Shown here: in pieces, positions 61,601 to 64,000 of the stretch
How positions within the stretch are numbered: the stretch's first letter is position 1
Layout: each line of letters begins with the position of its first letter
DNA from: Nemertoderma westbladi
Taxonomy: Eukaryota; Animalia; Xenacoelomorpha
Assembly (NCBI GenBank): GCA_032718475.1
Contig: JAUCBJ010002315.1
Coordinates: 1-64,000 of the forward strand
DNA: 64,000 nucleotides
Direction of reading: 5' to 3'
Position numbers and translations under genes: made by a program
The notes under the pieces: model-generated
Databases searched by the model: none
Told to the model about the DNA's origin: nothing
The model's input: the letters and a program-made list of their open reading frames with translations, nothing else

Positions 61601-64000
61601 GCTATAGTTTGGGTAGCAGCGGTACGTGTTTGGGTTACAGTGCTATAGTTTGGGTTACAGTGCTATAGTTTGGGTTACAGTGCTATAGTTTGGGTTGTAG
61701 TGGTGTGTGTTTGGGTTACAGTGCTATAGTTTGGGTTACAGTGCTATAGTTTGGGTAGCAGCGGTACGTGTTTGGGTTACAGTGCTATAGTTTGGGTTAC
61801 AGTGCTATAGTTTGGGTTACAGTGCTATAGTTTGGGTTACAGTGCTATAGTTTGGGTTACAGTGCTATAGTTTGGGTTACAGTGCTATAGTTTGGGTTAC
61901 AGTGCTATAGTTTGGGTTACAGTGCTATAGTTTGGGTTACAGTGCTATAGTTTGGGTTGTAGTGGTGTGTGTTTGGAATACAGTGCTATAGTTTGGGTTG
62001 TAGTGGTGTGTGTTTGGGTTACAGTGCTATAGTTTGGGTTGTAGTGGTGTGTGTTTGGGTTACAGTGCTATAGTTTGGGTTACAGTGCTATAGTTTGGGT
62101 TGTAGTGGTGTGTGTTTGGGTTACAGTGCTATAGTTCGGGTTACAGTGCTATAGTTTGGGTTACAGTGCTATAGTTTGGGTTACAGTGCTATAGTTTGGG
62201 TTACAGTGCTATAGTTTGGGTTACAGTGCTATAGTTTGGGTTACAGTGCTATAGTTTGGGTTACAGTGCTATAGTTTGGGTTACAGTGCTATAGTTTGGG
62301 TTACAGTGCTATAGTTTGGGTTACAGTGCTATAGTTTGGGTTACAGTGCTGTAGTTTGGGTTACAGTGCTATAGTTTGGGTTGTAGTGGTGTGTGTTTGG
62401 GTTACAGTGCTATAGTTTGGGTTGTAGTGGTGTGTGTTTGGGTTACAGTGCTATAGTTTGGGTTACAGTGCTATAGTTTGGGTTACAGTGCTATAGTTTG
62501 GGTTACAGTGCTATAGTTTGGGTTACAGTGCTGTAGTTTGGGTTACAGTGCTATAGTTTGGGTTGTAGTGGTGTGTGTTTGGGTTACAGTGCTATAGTTT
62601 GGGTTGTAGTGGTGTGTGTTTGGGTTACAGTGCTATAGTTTGGGTAGTAGTGGTGTGTGTTTGGGTTACAGTGCTATAGTTTGGGTTACAGTGCTATAGT
62701 TTGGGTTACAGTGCTATAGTTTGGGTTGTAGTGGTGTGTGTTTGGGTTACAGTGCTATAGTTTGGGTTACAGTGCTATAGTTTGGGTTACAGTGCTATAG
62801 TTTGGGTTACAGTGCTGTAGTTTGGGTTACAGTGCTATAGTTTGGGTTGTAGTGGTGTGTGTTTGGGTTACAGTGCTATAGTTTGGGTTGTAGTGGTGTG
62901 TGTTTGGGTTACAGTGCTATAGTTTGGGTTGTAGTGGTGTGTGTTTGGGTTACAGTGCTATAGTTTGGGTTACAGTGCTATAGTTTGGGTTACAGTGCTA
63001 TAGTTTGGGTTACAGTGCTATAGTTTGGGTTACAGTGCTGTAGTTTGGGTTACAGTGCTATAGTTTGGGTTGTAGTGGTGTGTGTTTGGGTTACAGTGCT
63101 ATAGTTTGGGTTACAGTGCTATAGTTTGGGTTAGTGCTTAGTTTGGGTTACAGTGCTATAGTTTGGGTTACAGTGCTATAGTTTGGGTTACAGTGCTATA
63201 GTTTGGGTTGTAGTGGTGTGTGTTTGGGTTACAGTGCTATAGTTTGGGTTGTAGTGGTGTGTGTTTGGGTTACAGTGCTATAGTTTGGGTTGTAGTGGTG
63301 TGTGTTTGGGTTACAGTGCTATAGTTTGGGTTAGTGTTGTTTGGGTTACAGTGCTATAGTTTGGGTTACAGTGCTATAGTTTGGGTTACAGTGCTGTAGT
63401 TTGGGTTACAGTGCTATAGTTTGGGTTGTAGTGGTGTGTGTTTGGGTTACAGTGCTATAGTTTGGGTTACAGTGCTATAGTTTGGGTTGTAGTGGTGTGT
63501 GTTTGGGTTACAGTGCTATAGTTTGGGTTACAGTGCTATAGTTTGGGTTACAGTGCTATAGTTTGGGTTACAGTGCTATAGTTTGGGTTACAGTGCTATA
63601 GTTTGGGTTGTAGTGGTGTGTGTTTGGGTTACAGTGCTATAGTTTGGGTTACAGTGCTATAGTTTGGGTTGTAGTGGTGTGTCTTTGGGTTACAGTGCTA
63701 TAGTTTGGGTTACAGTGCTATAGTTTGGGTTACAGTGCTGTAGTTTGGGTTACAGTGCTATAGTTTGGGTTGTAGTGGTGTGTGTTTGGGTTACAGTGCT
63801 ATAGTTTGGGTTACAGTGCTATAGTTTGGGTTACAGTGCTGTAGTTTGGGTTACAGTGCTATAGTTTGGGTTACAGTGCTATAGTTTGGGTTACAGTGCT
63901 ATAGTTTGGGTTACAGTGCTGTAGTTTGGGTTACAGTGCTATAGTTTGGGTTGTAGTGGTGTGTGTTTGGGTTACAGTGCTATAGTTTGGGTTACAGTGC
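37640..64000. repeat. 26-kb satellite array of 20/21-bp monomers (about 1300 units), running off the window end
   Basis: Monomer A is GGGTTACAGTGCTATAGTTT (20 bp, dominant), B is GGGTAGCAGCGGTACGTGTTT (21 bp) and C is GGGTTGTAGTGGTGTGTGTTT (21 bp). There are also hybrids and rare point variants. No non-satellite interruption was seen. Confidence 0.99.

Noticed and set aside
63125-63345. GGGTTAG-containing shortened monomers resembling canonical telomere repeats
   Set aside because: There are only two isolated deletion variants and no (TTAGGG)n run. They are most likely local deletions or consensus errors.
1-64000. tRNA, rRNA or snRNA genes, and species identification
   Set aside because: No such RNA gene was recognisable by eye. 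The organism cannot be named reliably without a database comparison.

Overview
This is AT-rich, intron-containing animal (bilaterian invertebrate-type) genomic DNA. It holds two spliced protein-coding genes in convergent orientation. One is a divergent Cdx/caudal ParaHox homeobox gene (+ strand, join 9816..10530, 18972..19117, 19592..19666; 311 aa). The other is SF3A2/SAP62, a U2 snRNP splicing factor (- strand, join 29413..29299, 28683..28490, 25930..25791, 25034..24368; 371 aa). The rest is repeat-derived: a 17-bp satellite (135-3600), 80-, 68-, 24- and 14-bp tandem arrays, hAT-, Mutator- and Harbinger-type MITEs, Helentron/DINE-like copies, a truncated Penelope-like element with inverted pseudo-LTRs, a decayed RTE-clade LINE, and hammerhead-ribozyme-like motifs. 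From about 37640 to the window end lies a 26-kb G/T-strand-biased satellite of 20/21-bp monomers. Nearly all monomers carry TTTGGG, and the main one carries GGGTTA. The array shows an ordering rule among its variants and a multi-kb internal duplication. Most ORFs in the supplied track are translations of tandem repeats. All family assignments come from motif recognition by eye; no database searches were run.
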